From: an uncultured Chloroflexia bacterium
GTDB lineage: Bacteria; Chloroflexota; UBA6077; JACCZL01
Assembly (NCBI GenBank): GCA_963765765.1
Contig: CAVXYC010000029.1
Coordinates: forward strand, 64,001 to 128,000
Length of the DNA stretch: 64,000 bases
Direction of reading: 5' to 3'
The notes beneath the pieces were generated by a model that worked only from the letters and a program-made list of their open reading frames with translations, had not been told where the DNA came from and did no database searches. This document shows positions 1 to 9,202 of this stretch, piece by piece. Both the position numbers and the translations under genes were made by a program. The stretch's first letter is position 1. Every line of letters starts with the position of its first letter.

Positions 1-77
1 AGGCCGATTCCCAGAATCGGTCGAAGTACGATGGCGCGTGTGAGGCGACGAATAATCCTCCCGATTACACGACCCAT
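1..77 (-). CDS. Possible 5' end of a membrane/secreted protein running off the window edge
   Basis: ATG at 77 opens MGRVIGRIIRRLTRAIVLRPILGIG..., with no stop before position 1. The basic-then-hydrophobic start resembles a signal or anchor sequence. It is divergent from ddl and too short to confirm. Confidence 0.3.
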   Translation of the reverse strand, partial: MGRVIGRIIRRLTRAIVLRPILGIG

Positions 78-459
78 GCGTGTCTGGTCATCTCCCCATG
101 TGGCTTTGTTTGGTGGACCTGTGAAATAAAACGGAGATTCTACGCATACGACCCACAAACATCGCCGCCACATCCACTCCTATTAGCCAGATTGGCTTTG
201 TGAACCGAAGGATTTGTCGCGCGGGTTGAGCGCGATGTCACTAACACGTTAGTGGATTCGGCCGTCGACTTCCTTGTTTTCCATGCACGAACGAGAGGGT
301 CTCCGTTCGGGAGAAGACTCAGTCAGCGATGAGAATGGAAACACTGAATCGACGTCAGCCTTTCTGGACCGATGTCACACCATTCTAACACGGGTCCTTA
401 TGACACCTTGCGATTGAGTTGAGCCTCCACCTATCCTCGGTCGCGCGGAGGTAAGGACG

Positions 460-1596
460 TTGGGTCAAAGGATTCGGGTGGGTGTCCTCTTTGGAGGACG
501 ATCGGGCGAGCACGAGGTCTCGCTGGCTTCAGCAGAGTCGATACTCCGATACATCGACCAGGCTAAGTACGAGGTCGTGCCAATTGGTATCACGCGCGAA
601 GGGCGCTGGCTCGCGTCTGGAGATCCACTCGCGGCGCTCAAGTCCGGTCAAACCCACAAATTCCTCGCGTCAGGTGACGGCGGTGAAAAGGTTCTCCCGG
701 CAGCGCTGCTCCCTGACCCAGTTCACGGAGGTCTCGTGACCTGGTCAGAGGGCGCGGCCTCTTCTCAGCTTCGCGAGCTTGCTTCAGTCGACGTCGTATT
801 TCCCGTACTCCATGGCACATTTGGTGAGGACGGAACTATCCAGGGGCTCCTGGAGATCGCCGGCCTGCCTTACGTGGGCGCTGGGGTACTCGGATCGTCT
901 CTGGGTATGGACAAGGGCAAGATGAAGTGGCAATTCCGCGCGCGTGGATTGCCCCTGGCTGACTTTATCGAAATTCGCCGTTCGCGGTTCGAGCGCGATC
1001 CGGAAGCTGTTCTCGCCGAGATTGAGCAGACGCTGGGATTGCCGGCCTTCATCAAGCCCGCACGCCTCGGCTCCAGCGTTGGGGTCAGCAAGGCACGCAC
1101 GAGAACCGAGCTTCGGGACGCGTTGACGCTTGCGGCTGAGTTTGACGATCGGCTGATCGCGGAGCAGAATATCAATGCTCGCGAGCTGGAATGCAGCGTG
1201 CTCGGGAACGAAGAGCCTATCGCCTCCGTAGTCGGAGAAATTATTCCCGCGAATGAGTTCTACGACTATGAGGCCAAGTATCTCGACGAGGGCTCGAAAC
1301 TGGTCATTCCGGCTGAGATCAGTAACGGAATCTCAGACGAAATTCGCGCGATGGCTATTGAGGCATTTGATGCCGTGGACTGCGCGGGAATGGCGCGAGT
1401 TGATTTCTTTCTGGAGCAAGATACGAATCGAGTACTGCTGAACGAGATCAACACGATACCGGGATTCACCAATATCAGCATGTATCCCAAGCTCTGGGAA
1501 GCGTCAGGTTTGAGCTATGGCGATTTGATCGATCGGCTCATTCAGCTTGCCATTGAGCGACATGCGGATCGGGCTCGAAACCGGGTCAATCGTTGA
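460..1596 (+). CDS. ddl: D-alanine--D-alanine ligase
   Basis: Motifs [43 protein letters not shown] (Tyr-type omega loop) and [16 protein letters not shown] before the TTG start. Confidence 0.97.
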   Translation: MGQRIRVGVLFGGRSGEHEVSLASAESILRYIDQAKYEVVPIGITREGRWLASGDPLAALKSGQTHKFLASGDGGEKVLPAALLPDPVHGGLVTWSEGAASSQLRELASVDVVFPVLHGTFGEDGTIQGLLEIAGLPYVGAGVLGSSLGMDKGKMKWQFRARGLPLADFIEIRRSRFERDPEAVLAEIEQTLGLPAFIKPARLGSSVGVSKARTRTELRDALTLAAEFDDRLIAEQNINARELECSVLGNEEPIASVVGEIIPANEFYDYEAKYLDEGSKLVIPAEISNGISDEIRAMAIEAFDAVDCAGMARVDFFLEQDTNRVLLNEINTIPGFTNISMYPKLWEASGLSYGDLIDRLIQLAIERHADRARNRVNR

Positions 1597-1695
1597 TGAA
1601 ATCTGGTCAGGACTGCTCAAGGGCTTCCCTCACGGTCAACTCAAGAACATGAGCCACAGGCTAACGACACCTACCGCGGCTCCCCGTTCGGGGAA

Positions 1696-2982
1696 TTAGA
1701 GCTCCGCAAACGCTTCCACCGCCGCATCGATTGTCCGATCAATGTCATCGTCGCGGTGCGCGAGGCTTACGAATGCGGCCTCAAATTGAGATGGCGCGAA
1801 ATAGACGCCACGGGCGAGCATGGCTTGAAAGAAGCGCGCGTATCGAGTTGTGTCGGCCTTCTTGGCGCTCTCGTAGTCAAACACGGGCTGGCCGATAAAG
1901 AAAGACGTCATCATTGAGCCAACTCTGTTTGAGAACATCTCAATGCCGTGCGCCTTCGCCGCTGAGGCGATTCCATCACTGAGCCGGGCTCCGAGTTTCT
2001 CGAGTCGGCCATAAACGCCAGGCTCTTGAAGCGCTCGAAGAGTCGCGAGTCCGGCAGCGACGGCGATGGGATTCCCTGAGAGTGTTCCTGCCTGGTAGAT
2101 CGGTCCGGCGGGTGCCATGCATTGCAGGACATCCCGTCGCCCTCCATAGGCTCCCACAGGCAGGCCTCCGCCGATGATCTTTCCCAGGCAGGTGATATCT
2201 GGGGTGATGCCGAATCGCCCTTGAGCGCCGCTATAGGCGACGCGAAAGCCGGTGATGACCTCGTCAAAAATGAGCAGCGATCCGGAGCGCTCTGTGATCT
2301 GGCGAAGCCCCTGGAGGAATCCGTCTGTAGGGGGCACCACGCCCATATTCCCCGCCACGGGCTCAACGATGACCGCGGCGATGTCTGAACCGAATTGATT
2401 GAATGCCCGTTGGACGCTCTCAAGGTCGTTGTAGCCGGTACTGAGCGTCTCGCTCGCTAGCCCAGGTGGGACGCCAGGGCTATCCGGAGACCCAAGAGTG
2501 AGCGGTCCGGATCCGGCTTTTACTAGTAGGCCGTCGGCGTGTCCGTGATAGCACCCATCGAACTTGATGATCTTGTTTCGACCAGTGAAGCCGCGCGCAA
2601 GGCGTATGGCCGACATCGTCGCTTCAGTACCGGAATTGACCAGCCGAACCATCTCAACGGATGGCAACGCGTCAGTAATGAGCTCAGCCAGCTCTACTTC
2701 TCGTTCGGTGGGTGCACCAAAGCTCGTGCCATTGCTCGCGGTGCGCTGAATGGCCTCGACCACCGATGGATGGCCATGGCCCAAAATCAATGGTCCCCAC
2801 GATCCGACGAAGTCGATGTATTCGCCACCGTCCGCGTCAAAAACGCGTGACCCGGCGCCGCGCTCAATAAACAGTGGCTGACCGCCGACCGAACGAAACG
2901 CGCGAACGGGGCTATTGACTCCGCCGGGAATTACATGTTGTGCGCGGGCGAAAAGGTGCTTTGAGTTCGGGCCGACGCTCAT
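1696..2982 (-). CDS. hemL: Glutamate-1-semialdehyde 2,1-aminomutase
   Basis: Motifs [38 protein letters not shown] (PLP Lys) and [10 protein letters not shown]. Start placed at ATG 2982 (ATGA overlap with hemB stop). Confidence 0.97.
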   Translation of the reverse strand: MSVGPNSKHLFARAQHVIPGGVNSPVRAFRSVGGQPLFIERGAGSRVFDADGGEYIDFVGSWGPLILGHGHPSVVEAIQRTASNGTSFGAPTEREVELAELITDALPSVEMVRLVNSGTEATMSAIRLARGFTGRNKIIKFDGCYHGHADGLLVKAGSGPLTLGSPDSPGVPPGLASETLSTGYNDLESVQRAFNQFGSDIAAVIVEPVAGNMGVVPPTDGFLQGLRQITERSGSLLIFDEVITGFRVAYSGAQGRFGITPDITCLGKIIGGGLPVGAYGGRRDVLQCMAPAGPIYQAGTLSGNPIAVAAGLATLRALQEPGVYGRLEKLGARLSDGIASAAKAHGIEMFSNRVGSMMTSFFIGQPVFDYESAKKADTTRYARFFQAMLARGVYFAPSQFEAAFVSLAHRDDDIDRTIDAAVEAFAEL

Positions 2983-3959
2983 GCGCACATCCATCGGCAC
3001 ACGTCGGGGGCATGGTACGAGATGATCATGTCCGCGCCCGCTCGCTTGATACCGGTAAGAATCTCCATCGTTACTCGTTCCTCGTCAAGCCAGCCGTTTG
3101 CCGCGGCAGCCTTGACCATCGCGTACTCTCCGCTCACGTTGTAGGCGACAAGCGGCAGGTCGAATCGATCTCGCGCCATGCGAATCAGGTCGAGGTAAGC
3201 GAGCGCGGGCTTCACCATCATGAAATCGGCGCCTTCGTTTATGTCCAGCTCGATCTCTCGCATCGCCTCACGGGCATTGCCCGAGTCCATCTGATAGGAG
3301 CGGCGATCGCCGAACTGTGGCGTGCTATCCGCGGCTTCGCGAAATGGTCCGTAGAAGCCGGATGCGAACTTGGCGGAATAGGCCATGATGGCCGCTTCCG
3401 AGTATCCCTTTTCATCCAGGGCTTTCCGGATCGAGCCGATTCGGCCATCCATCATGTCGGACGGTGCAATGATGTCCGCACCGGCCTCGGCCTGAGCCAG
3501 GGCTGTCTTGTTCAGGAGCTGGATGGTGGCGTCATTCCGAACGTGGCCGTCCTCCACGATGCCGCAGTGACCGTGACTGGTGTACTCACAAAGACACAGA
3601 TCGGCAATCACGATGAGATCGGGGCAATGCTCCTTCAGCTCCCGTATGGCGACCTGAACGATGCCATCCCGTGCATAAGCTTCAGAACCAAACTCGTCCT
3701 TCGATTGGGGTAGGCCAAAGAGGAGCACGGCGGGAATTCCAAGCTTCGCAACCTCACGGGCGTCCGCCACAACTTCGTCCACCGAAAGCTGGGACACGCC
3801 TGGCATTGATGAGACCGGCTGACGGACACCTCGTCCTGGAGTGACGAAATACGGATAGATGAAATCAGACGGGGAAAGGGCTGTTTCGCGCACCATCCGT
3901 CGCATCGTTTCTGTTCGCCGCAAGCGTCGCATGCGCAGGGCCGGAAATGCACTCGTCAC
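2979..3959 (-). CDS. hemB: Porphobilinogen synthase (Zn-type)
   Basis: Motifs [30 protein letters not shown] and [12 protein letters not shown] start at 3959 overlaps the cobA/hemD stop. Confidence 0.97.
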   Translation of the reverse strand: MTSAFPALRMRRLRRTETMRRMVRETALSPSDFIYPYFVTPGRGVRQPVSSMPGVSQLSVDEVVADAREVAKLGIPAVLLFGLPQSKDEFGSEAYARDGIVQVAIRELKEHCPDLIVIADLCLCEYTSHGHCGIVEDGHVRNDATIQLLNKTALAQAEAGADIIAPSDMMDGRIGSIRKALDEKGYSEAAIMAYSAKFASGFYGPFREAADSTPQFGDRRSYQMDSGNAREAMREIELDINEGADFMMVKPALAYLDLIRMARDRFDLPLVAYNVSGEYAMVKAAAANGWLDEERVTMEILTGIKRAGADMIISYHAPDVCRWMCA

Positions 3960-5494
3960 GGTTGCCCCCTCTCCTGTCTCCGAATTGACCACCAGTCCAC
4001 GACGACGGACACTAAACCCTCGACGGTGTAGTCACTGGCAACGGACTCCACGCGAAGGCCTGCGTTGCGGGCGGCCTCGGCGGTTGTAGGACCAATGCAG
4101 ATACTCGGAATGTTCCGAGCTACTCCCTCACGCTCTTCTCCGACCGCGCTCACGAAGTTGGCGACGGTGGAGGAGCTGGTGAACGTCAGGACGTCAAGTT
4201 CGCATCGGTCAAGAAGGCCGCGGAGCTCCTCCGCGCGATGCGGGGCCGGAACCGTCTTGTAGGCGACAAACGATTCGACAGAAGCCCCCAGCTCCTTGAG
4301 TCCATCGACGATCTCTGTCGGAGCGATATCGCTTCGGAACAACGCAATTCGAGCGTGGTTTACGCCTACTTCCCCGAGCTTCTGCACGATCGCGCTCGAA
4401 ATGAATTTTGGGGGCGTCACATCCGCCTGCAGGCCGTAGCCCCGCAGCGCTCGCGCGGTGGCTGGTCCGATGGCGCAGATGCGCGTGTTACCGAGCACGC
4501 GTACATCCTTCCCGGAATTGAGCAGGCGGTCCATCGTCGCCCTCACTCCATTGGCGCTCGTGAATACCACCCAGTCGAAAGAGCTCAGGCTATGTAGCGC
4601 AGCGTCCAACGTCTCCAAGTGCTCGGTCGGCTGAATATCGATCGCAGGCAGCTCAATTGGCGCGGCTCCTAGCTCACGCAATGAGCGAACGAAGGAGCTT
4701 GACTGTTCTCGCGACCGCGTAACTAGAACTCGAAGGCCGAAAAGCGGGAGGTCCTCGAACCACGATAACTGGTCACGGAGCGCGACGACGTCACCCGCAA
4801 CGAGAATGGCTGGTGGTTTGACTGACTGTGCTCGAGCCCTGTCAGCTATGGTCGCCAACGTTCCAGTCACGGTCCGCTGTCGTGGCGTTGTTCCCCACTG
4901 GATGATCGCAGCAGGCTGGTCTGGCGCGCGGCCCGACCGGATAAGTCGCTCGACAATCTCCGCCATCTGCTCAACTCCCATGAGCACGACAAGCGTATCT
5001 GCACCGTTGGCGAGCGCGTCCCAACGGTGGGAAGACTCCGACTTTGATGGATCCTCGTGACCTGTGAGCACGGTGAATGATGCCGCGATCCCGCGGTGTG
5101 TGACGGGTATGCCGGAGAATTCCGGGGCTGCAAGGGCCGAGCTAATACCCGGGACGATCTCGAATGGAATCCCGTGCTTGCGGAGGCAGAGGGCTTCTTC
5201 TCCGCCTCGTCCGAATACAAACGGATCACCGCCCTTGAGCCGGACTATCTTCTCCCCGGCCTGCGCCAACTCGACAAGCAGGTCATTGATCCCGTCCTGT
5301 GGCACAGCGTGATCGCGCGGTCCTTTACCTACATAGATCCGCCGAGCAGAAGGAGGCGCAAAGTCGAGGACCTCCATCGGGATAAGGCGATCGTGAACGA
5401 CCACGGAAGCATCCTCAAGGCATTGCTTACCGCGAACAGTAAGTAACCCGGGGTTGCCAGGCCCCGCTCCCACCAGTGCAACTTGCCAGATCAC
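3956..5494 (-). CDS. cobA/hemD: Uroporphyrinogen-III C-methyltransferase / uroporphyrinogen-III synthase fusion
   Basis: N-terminal half has [13 protein letters not shown] and [18 protein letters not shown]-terminal half has [19 protein letters not shown] and FTSSSTV. Confidence 0.95.
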   Translation of the reverse strand: MIWQVALVGAGPGNPGLLTVRGKQCLEDASVVVHDRLIPMEVLDFAPPSARRIYVGKGPRDHAVPQDGINDLLVELAQAGEKIVRLKGGDPFVFGRGGEEALCLRKHGIPFEIVPGISSALAAPEFSGIPVTHRGIAASFTVLTGHEDPSKSESSHRWDALANGADTLVVLMGVEQMAEIVERLIRSGRAPDQPAAIIQWGTTPRQRTVTGTLATIADRARAQSVKPPAILVAGDVVALRDQLSWFEDLPLFGLRVLVTRSREQSSSFVRSLRELGAAPIELPAIDIQPTEHLETLDAALHSLSSFDWVVFTSANGVRATMDRLLNSGKDVRVLGNTRICAIGPATARALRGYGLQADVTPPKFISSAIVQKLGEVGVNHARIALFRSDIAPTEIVDGLKELGASVESFVAYKTVPAPHRAEELRGLLDRCELDVLTFTSSSTVANFVSAVGEEREGVARNIPSICIGPTTAEAARNAGLRVESVASDYTVEGLVSVVVDWWSIRRQERGQP

Positions 5495-6423
5495 GAACCG
5501 CCCAGCCCTGGATTCGCGAGTCGCGCCATTATTGCTGAAAGGTCGTCTGCAACTAGCCTTCCGAGCTGATCGGCATCTGACGCCGGCCCGGTCCTCTCCG
5601 ATCGTGCCACGTCCTGCCCGGACTCATCGGCGACCACCGCCAACAAATGCAGCTCGTCACCGTTTCGTCGTCCAATGGCCCCCACAGGCACGCGGCAACC
5701 TCCCCCAATAGCTGCCAGAAACGATCGTTCCGCCCGAGTTTCGGTATTCGTTATTTCGTCGTTCACATGGGCCACCAGGGCGAGCGTCTCAGCGTCGTCG
5801 GACCGGCATTGAATCGCCAACGCACCCTGGCCGACCGCCGGGATGCATTGCTCCGGGCTGAACACCGTCGAGATTCTCTGATGAAGCCCGAGGCGACTCA
5901 ATCCAGCGACGGCGATGACCAGGCCATCGAACTGCCCCTCGTCCAACTTGCGGAGGCGAGTGTCAACGTTTCCCCGGACTCCAGCGAATTGCAGATCAGG
6001 ACGGAGCGCCCGTAGCTGTGCAATTCTTCTCGGACTGCCCGTCGCCAGTATCGCGCCTGTCGGCACGTCGGAGAAATCTGTTCCATCGCGAGTGACGAGC
6101 GCATCGCGCGAATCCTCTCGTACCGGGACCGCACCGATCACCAGGCCGGATACTTCCTCTGAGGGCAGATCCTTCAGAGAATGCACGGCAATATCGGCTC
6201 GTCCACTCAAGAGCTCTTCTTCAAGTGCTTTGACAAATACGCCTTCACCGAGCTGGGCCAGAGATATGTCCTGGCGGACGTCCCCACGTGTGCTGACTAT
6301 CTCGATAGACAGCTCCTGTCTGCCGAGAAGCGGCCGAAGCATATCTGCAACAGAGTGCGCCTGCTTTAGCGCCAGGGTGCTGCCGCGGGTGGCTATCCGC
6401 TGCGGGCGCATCCCCGTTGGCAC
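5491..6423 (-). CDS. hemC: Hydroxymethylbilane synthase
   Basis: Motifs ATRGSTLALKQA, DIAVHSLKDLP, RGNVDTRLRKL, PAVGQGALA and GGCRVPVG. Confidence 0.97.
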   Translation of the reverse strand: MPTGMRPQRIATRGSTLALKQAHSVADMLRPLLGRQELSIEIVSTRGDVRQDISLAQLGEGVFVKALEEELLSGRADIAVHSLKDLPSEEVSGLVIGAVPVREDSRDALVTRDGTDFSDVPTGAILATGSPRRIAQLRALRPDLQFAGVRGNVDTRLRKLDEGQFDGLVIAVAGLSRLGLHQRISTVFSPEQCIPAVGQGALAIQCRSDDAETLALVAHVNDEITNTETRAERSFLAAIGGGCRVPVGAIGRRNGDELHLLAVVADESGQDVARSERTGPASDADQLGRLVADDLSAIMARLANPGLGGS

Positions 6424-7685
6424 TAGTCGTCAGCCAGGCTAAAGAGGTCGCGAACTGTTCTCGCGTATGCACGACTATCGTGCTCGGTCGAACTCGACTT
6501 GAGTCGAATGATGGGATCATGCAGAAGCTTGTTGACGAGAGCCACAGAGAGCGCCTGCACGACGTTTCTGTCGCGATCCGAGAGGCCTGACAGACGTGTC
6601 AGTGCCCGGTCTAGCTCTGATTGCCGTATCGACTCGGCGCGACTGACCAGCGACTGGATAAGTGGCGTCACCTCGCGACTTTCCCGCCAGGATTCAAAGC
6701 TCGCGACCTCGTCCTCGATCAACGCTTCAGCTTGAGGAAGCTCGAGCTTCCGAATTTCGAGGTTGCGCGAGCAGATTCCATCCAGATCATCGATATTGAA
6801 GAGATGGACATTGGAAACCTCGGCCGCCTCAGGCGCCACGTCACGGGGTACGGCGATATCCACAATGAGCATTGATCGGTCCATTCGCTGGAGCATGGCT
6901 CTCTCAACGTCCTGACGCTCCAGGACATGAGCTCCAGATGCGGTGGAGCTGATGACGATGTCTGATTGGGCGAGCGCAGCGTCGATGTCGTCCAGCGTGC
7001 AGGGCTCCCCGCCCAGTCTCCGCGCAATCCGCTCGGCACTTGCCATACCACGGCTTCCGACGATCAAGCGACTAACGCCGTGAGCTCGCAGGGTGCGGAC
7101 AGTGAGCTCACCCATCTTGCCCGCGCCAATGACGAGAGCCGTGAGGCCGCGCAAATCTCCGAGGACATCTCGTGCAAGCTCGACGGCCGCATAACTAACA
7201 CTCACCGCGTTCCTGGCTATGTCGGTCTCAGTCCGAATGCGCTTGCCAGTCGCCAGCGCTTGCTCGAAGAGGCGGGACATCGTCGGACTTAGAGTTTGGT
7301 GCTGTCGTGCAATATCATACGCCGACCGAAGCTGCCCCAGAATTTGCGGCTCACCAATCACCATCGATTCCAGGCCGGAGCTCACGCGAAGTAAATGACG
7401 GACTGCTTCCAGTTGAGCAAAGGTCTCCGTGCGTTCCTCTAGTTCCAGTCCCGGCACCCCGCGCGAATCAGCGAGAAAACGGATCAGCGCCTCACTGCCG
7501 GAGCGCAGGTGGCCGACGTCCGCGTAAATCTCAGTTCGATTGCAGGTCGAGAGAATGACACCCTCATGGGCAAATTGTCCCAGGCGGTCAATCGCCTGGC
7601 CCAGGGTATCTGGAGGAAAGGCCAATCGCTCCCGCAGCTCGAGGGGCGTCGTGTGATGGCTTACGCCCACGGACACGAGCGTCAT
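6423..7685 (-). CDS. hemA: Glutamyl-tRNA reductase
   Basis: Motifs LSTCNRTE, SGLESMVIGEPQILGQ, IGAGKMG and DIAVPRDV. Confidence 0.97.
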   Translation of the reverse strand: MTLVSVGVSHHTTPLELRERLAFPPDTLGQAIDRLGQFAHEGVILSTCNRTEIYADVGHLRSGSEALIRFLADSRGVPGLELEERTETFAQLEAVRHLLRVSSGLESMVIGEPQILGQLRSAYDIARQHQTLSPTMSRLFEQALATGKRIRTETDIARNAVSVSYAAVELARDVLGDLRGLTALVIGAGKMGELTVRTLRAHGVSRLIVGSRGMASAERIARRLGGEPCTLDDIDAALAQSDIVISSTASGAHVLERQDVERAMLQRMDRSMLIVDIAVPRDVAPEAAEVSNVHLFNIDDLDGICSRNLEIRKLELPQAEALIEDEVASFESWRESREVTPLIQSLVSRAESIRQSELDRALTRLSGLSDRDRNVVQALSVALVNKLLHDPIIRLKSSSTEHDSRAYARTVRDLFSLADD

Positions 7686-8335
7686 TTGAGGCTTCCATTG
7701 AGCGCTGTGGCTTCAAGACGCGAAACGATGGTCTTGACTGCTTCGGCACGGCGTCCAGCGCGAATGTGAGCCAGGATTGACGCATCGTGCATGAGCTCTC
7801 GCCATTGGTCTCCAGTTGTCGAGATTTGCGATCCGCGAACCGACTCACGCGCCTCGGCGATGACTTCCAGGAGTGCCAGGCGCTCCTCTGTCAATAGCGT
7901 ATCGAGCTCTTCCCGCAGAAGTCGTGCAAATGCCGGGCTTCGTCCAGATGTGGAGAGGGCTACCGTGACATCGTCGCGCCTTACGACGGCCGGGACATGG
8001 AATGTACCGTCATGCGGCGAATCTGCTCGATTGACGAGGGACCCGTTGTGACGAGCGACTTGCTCAAGCCGAGCGTTCACCTGAGCGCTGTCAGTAGCCA
8101 GGAACACCAGGTTCGCGCCATCCAGGTCTTGTTCATGCGCTTCGCGCTGGATCCAGCGGATGGCCTGATTATCCACCAGATCACGAAGGTCGGGGTGAAC
8201 CCCAGGCGCGATCACCGTCACGTCGGCTCCCGCGTCCAGCAGCCCGCGGGCTTTGCGCAATGCCACCGCTCCGCCACCGATCACCACACAGCGAAGTCCT
8301 TCGACCCGAACGAACATGGGATAGAGGCGAGTCAT
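7682..8335 (-). CDS. sirC: Precorrin-2 dehydrogenase / sirohydrochlorin ferrochelatase (SirC/Met8/CysG-N family)
   Basis: Motifs YPMF, VVIGGGAVALRK, LVNRAD, FHVPAVVRR and STSGRSPAFAR; lies within the hem operon. Confidence 0.9.
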   Translation of the reverse strand: MTRLYPMFVRVEGLRCVVIGGGAVALRKARGLLDAGADVTVIAPGVHPDLRDLVDNQAIRWIQREAHEQDLDGANLVFLATDSAQVNARLEQVARHNGSLVNRADSPHDGTFHVPAVVRRDDVTVALSTSGRSPAFARLLREELDTLLTEERLALLEVIAEARESVRGSQISTTGDQWRELMHDASILAHIRAGRRAEAVKTIVSRLEATALNGSLK

Positions 8336-8976
8336 TTCGCGGCAACCGTCCTTGTCGCGGCTTCGTGCGCCTCGGTCATGCTGAGCAGGACGTGATCCAT
8401 AAACTGATTGACCCGAATGAGCGCGTCAGCCACACGCGGTCCACGTTGGGGTTGATCTCCAAACCAGCGTGTGACGCTTTCTACGACCGGATTCCGAAAG
8501 AAAAGAAATGCCTGCATCGCATCGTGGAGAGACAGGCCCAGCCGAGCCGCGACCTGACCGTATTCAGTGGCGACCCCCGCTCCATCGCGAAGACTGCGTT
8601 CGCGCTCGCGTTTGGTAGAAGCCAGCACGAATGCCGTGAGCTGGTGGAGCATTGAAGAGCCCAGCGTACGGAAATGCTGACGCTCGACTGGCTCGAGATC
8701 CTGCATCCAGCCATGGTCAGGGTGGCCACGACGCTCTATCTGACCGTAGCGCTCGCGACTGGAGAGGAGGGCGGCGCTCAAGCTGGCTTCCATAGGAGGA
8801 GACGCCTCGGTGAGTTGGTGTAGGTCGTCTTCAAGGTATCGCCTATGGCCGCCAGGAGTGACGTAGGCGCGTACTTTTCCTTCGTCCGTCCAGTGTCGCA
8901 GCGTCGCTTGATTGACGCCGAGCAGCTCGCAGGCTCTACGGATACTGACCCAGCGCACATTGGGATTGACTTCCAT
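8332..8976 (-). CDS. Transcriptional regulator: BldC/Xis-like (MerR-superfamily, HTH_17) N-domain plus all-helical RsbRD_N/globin-like C-domain; first gene of the hem operon
   Basis: N-terminal SIRRACELLGVNQATLRHWTDEGKVRAYVTPGGHRRY. C-terminal helical segment EYGQVAARLGLSLHDAMQAFLFFR. ATGA overlap with sirC. Start placed at ATG 8976 rather than TTG 9012. Confidence 0.8.
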   Translation of the reverse strand: MEVNPNVRWVSIRRACELLGVNQATLRHWTDEGKVRAYVTPGGHRRYLEDDLHQLTEASPPMEASLSAALLSSRERYGQIERRGHPDHGWMQDLEPVERQHFRTLGSSMLHQLTAFVLASTKRERERSLRDGAGVATEYGQVAARLGLSLHDAMQAFLFFRNPVVESVTRWFGDQPQRGPRVADALIRVNQFMDHVLLSMTEAHEAATRTVAAK

Positions 8977-9000
8977 TCGAGATGTGTCTGTCGATCCCCA

Positions 9001-9030
9001 AAAATCTGTCAAAATCTATCAATCTCTTCG
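9001..9030 (-). promoter_or_regulatory. 10-bp-period direct repeats; candidate operator
   Basis: Minus strand reads CGAAGAGATT GATAGATTTT GACAGATTTT, between the promoter and the regulator start codon. Confidence 0.55.
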
Positions 9031-9046
9031 GAAATGCTTCAGAGAT

Positions 9047-9075
9047 AGCTTATGTCGTCGGTATTGAAGCGTCAA
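9047..9075 (-). promoter_or_regulatory. Sigma70-type promoter of the hem operon
   Basis: TTGACG-N17-TAAGCT on the minus strand. Confidence 0.7.
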
Positions 9076-9118
9076 GAACGCCCGGTTGTATCTGGCTGAG
9101 CGTCACCATGATTTCATA

Positions 9119-9150
9119 GATACGCGTCCAATCGATACGCGTTCAATCGA
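9119..9150. repeat. 15-bp tandem duplication
   Basis: GATACGCGTCCAATC GATACGCGTTCAATC GA (one mismatch). Confidence 0.75.
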
Positions 9151-9202
9151 AGTTGTCTGGCGTCGGTCTAGGGGACGAAAGCCCTGATAAGATCTACGGC
9201 CT

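Noticed and set aside
150-225. Minus-strand CAAAGCC...GGCTAA resembling a c-di-GMP-I riboswitch
   Set aside because: No GGCAAA..GAAA P2 stem or closing P1; the match is too partial.
288-309. CGAAC...GTTCG as a LexA box upstream of ddl
   Set aside because: The spacer is 12 nt rather than 4; it is simply a hairpin.
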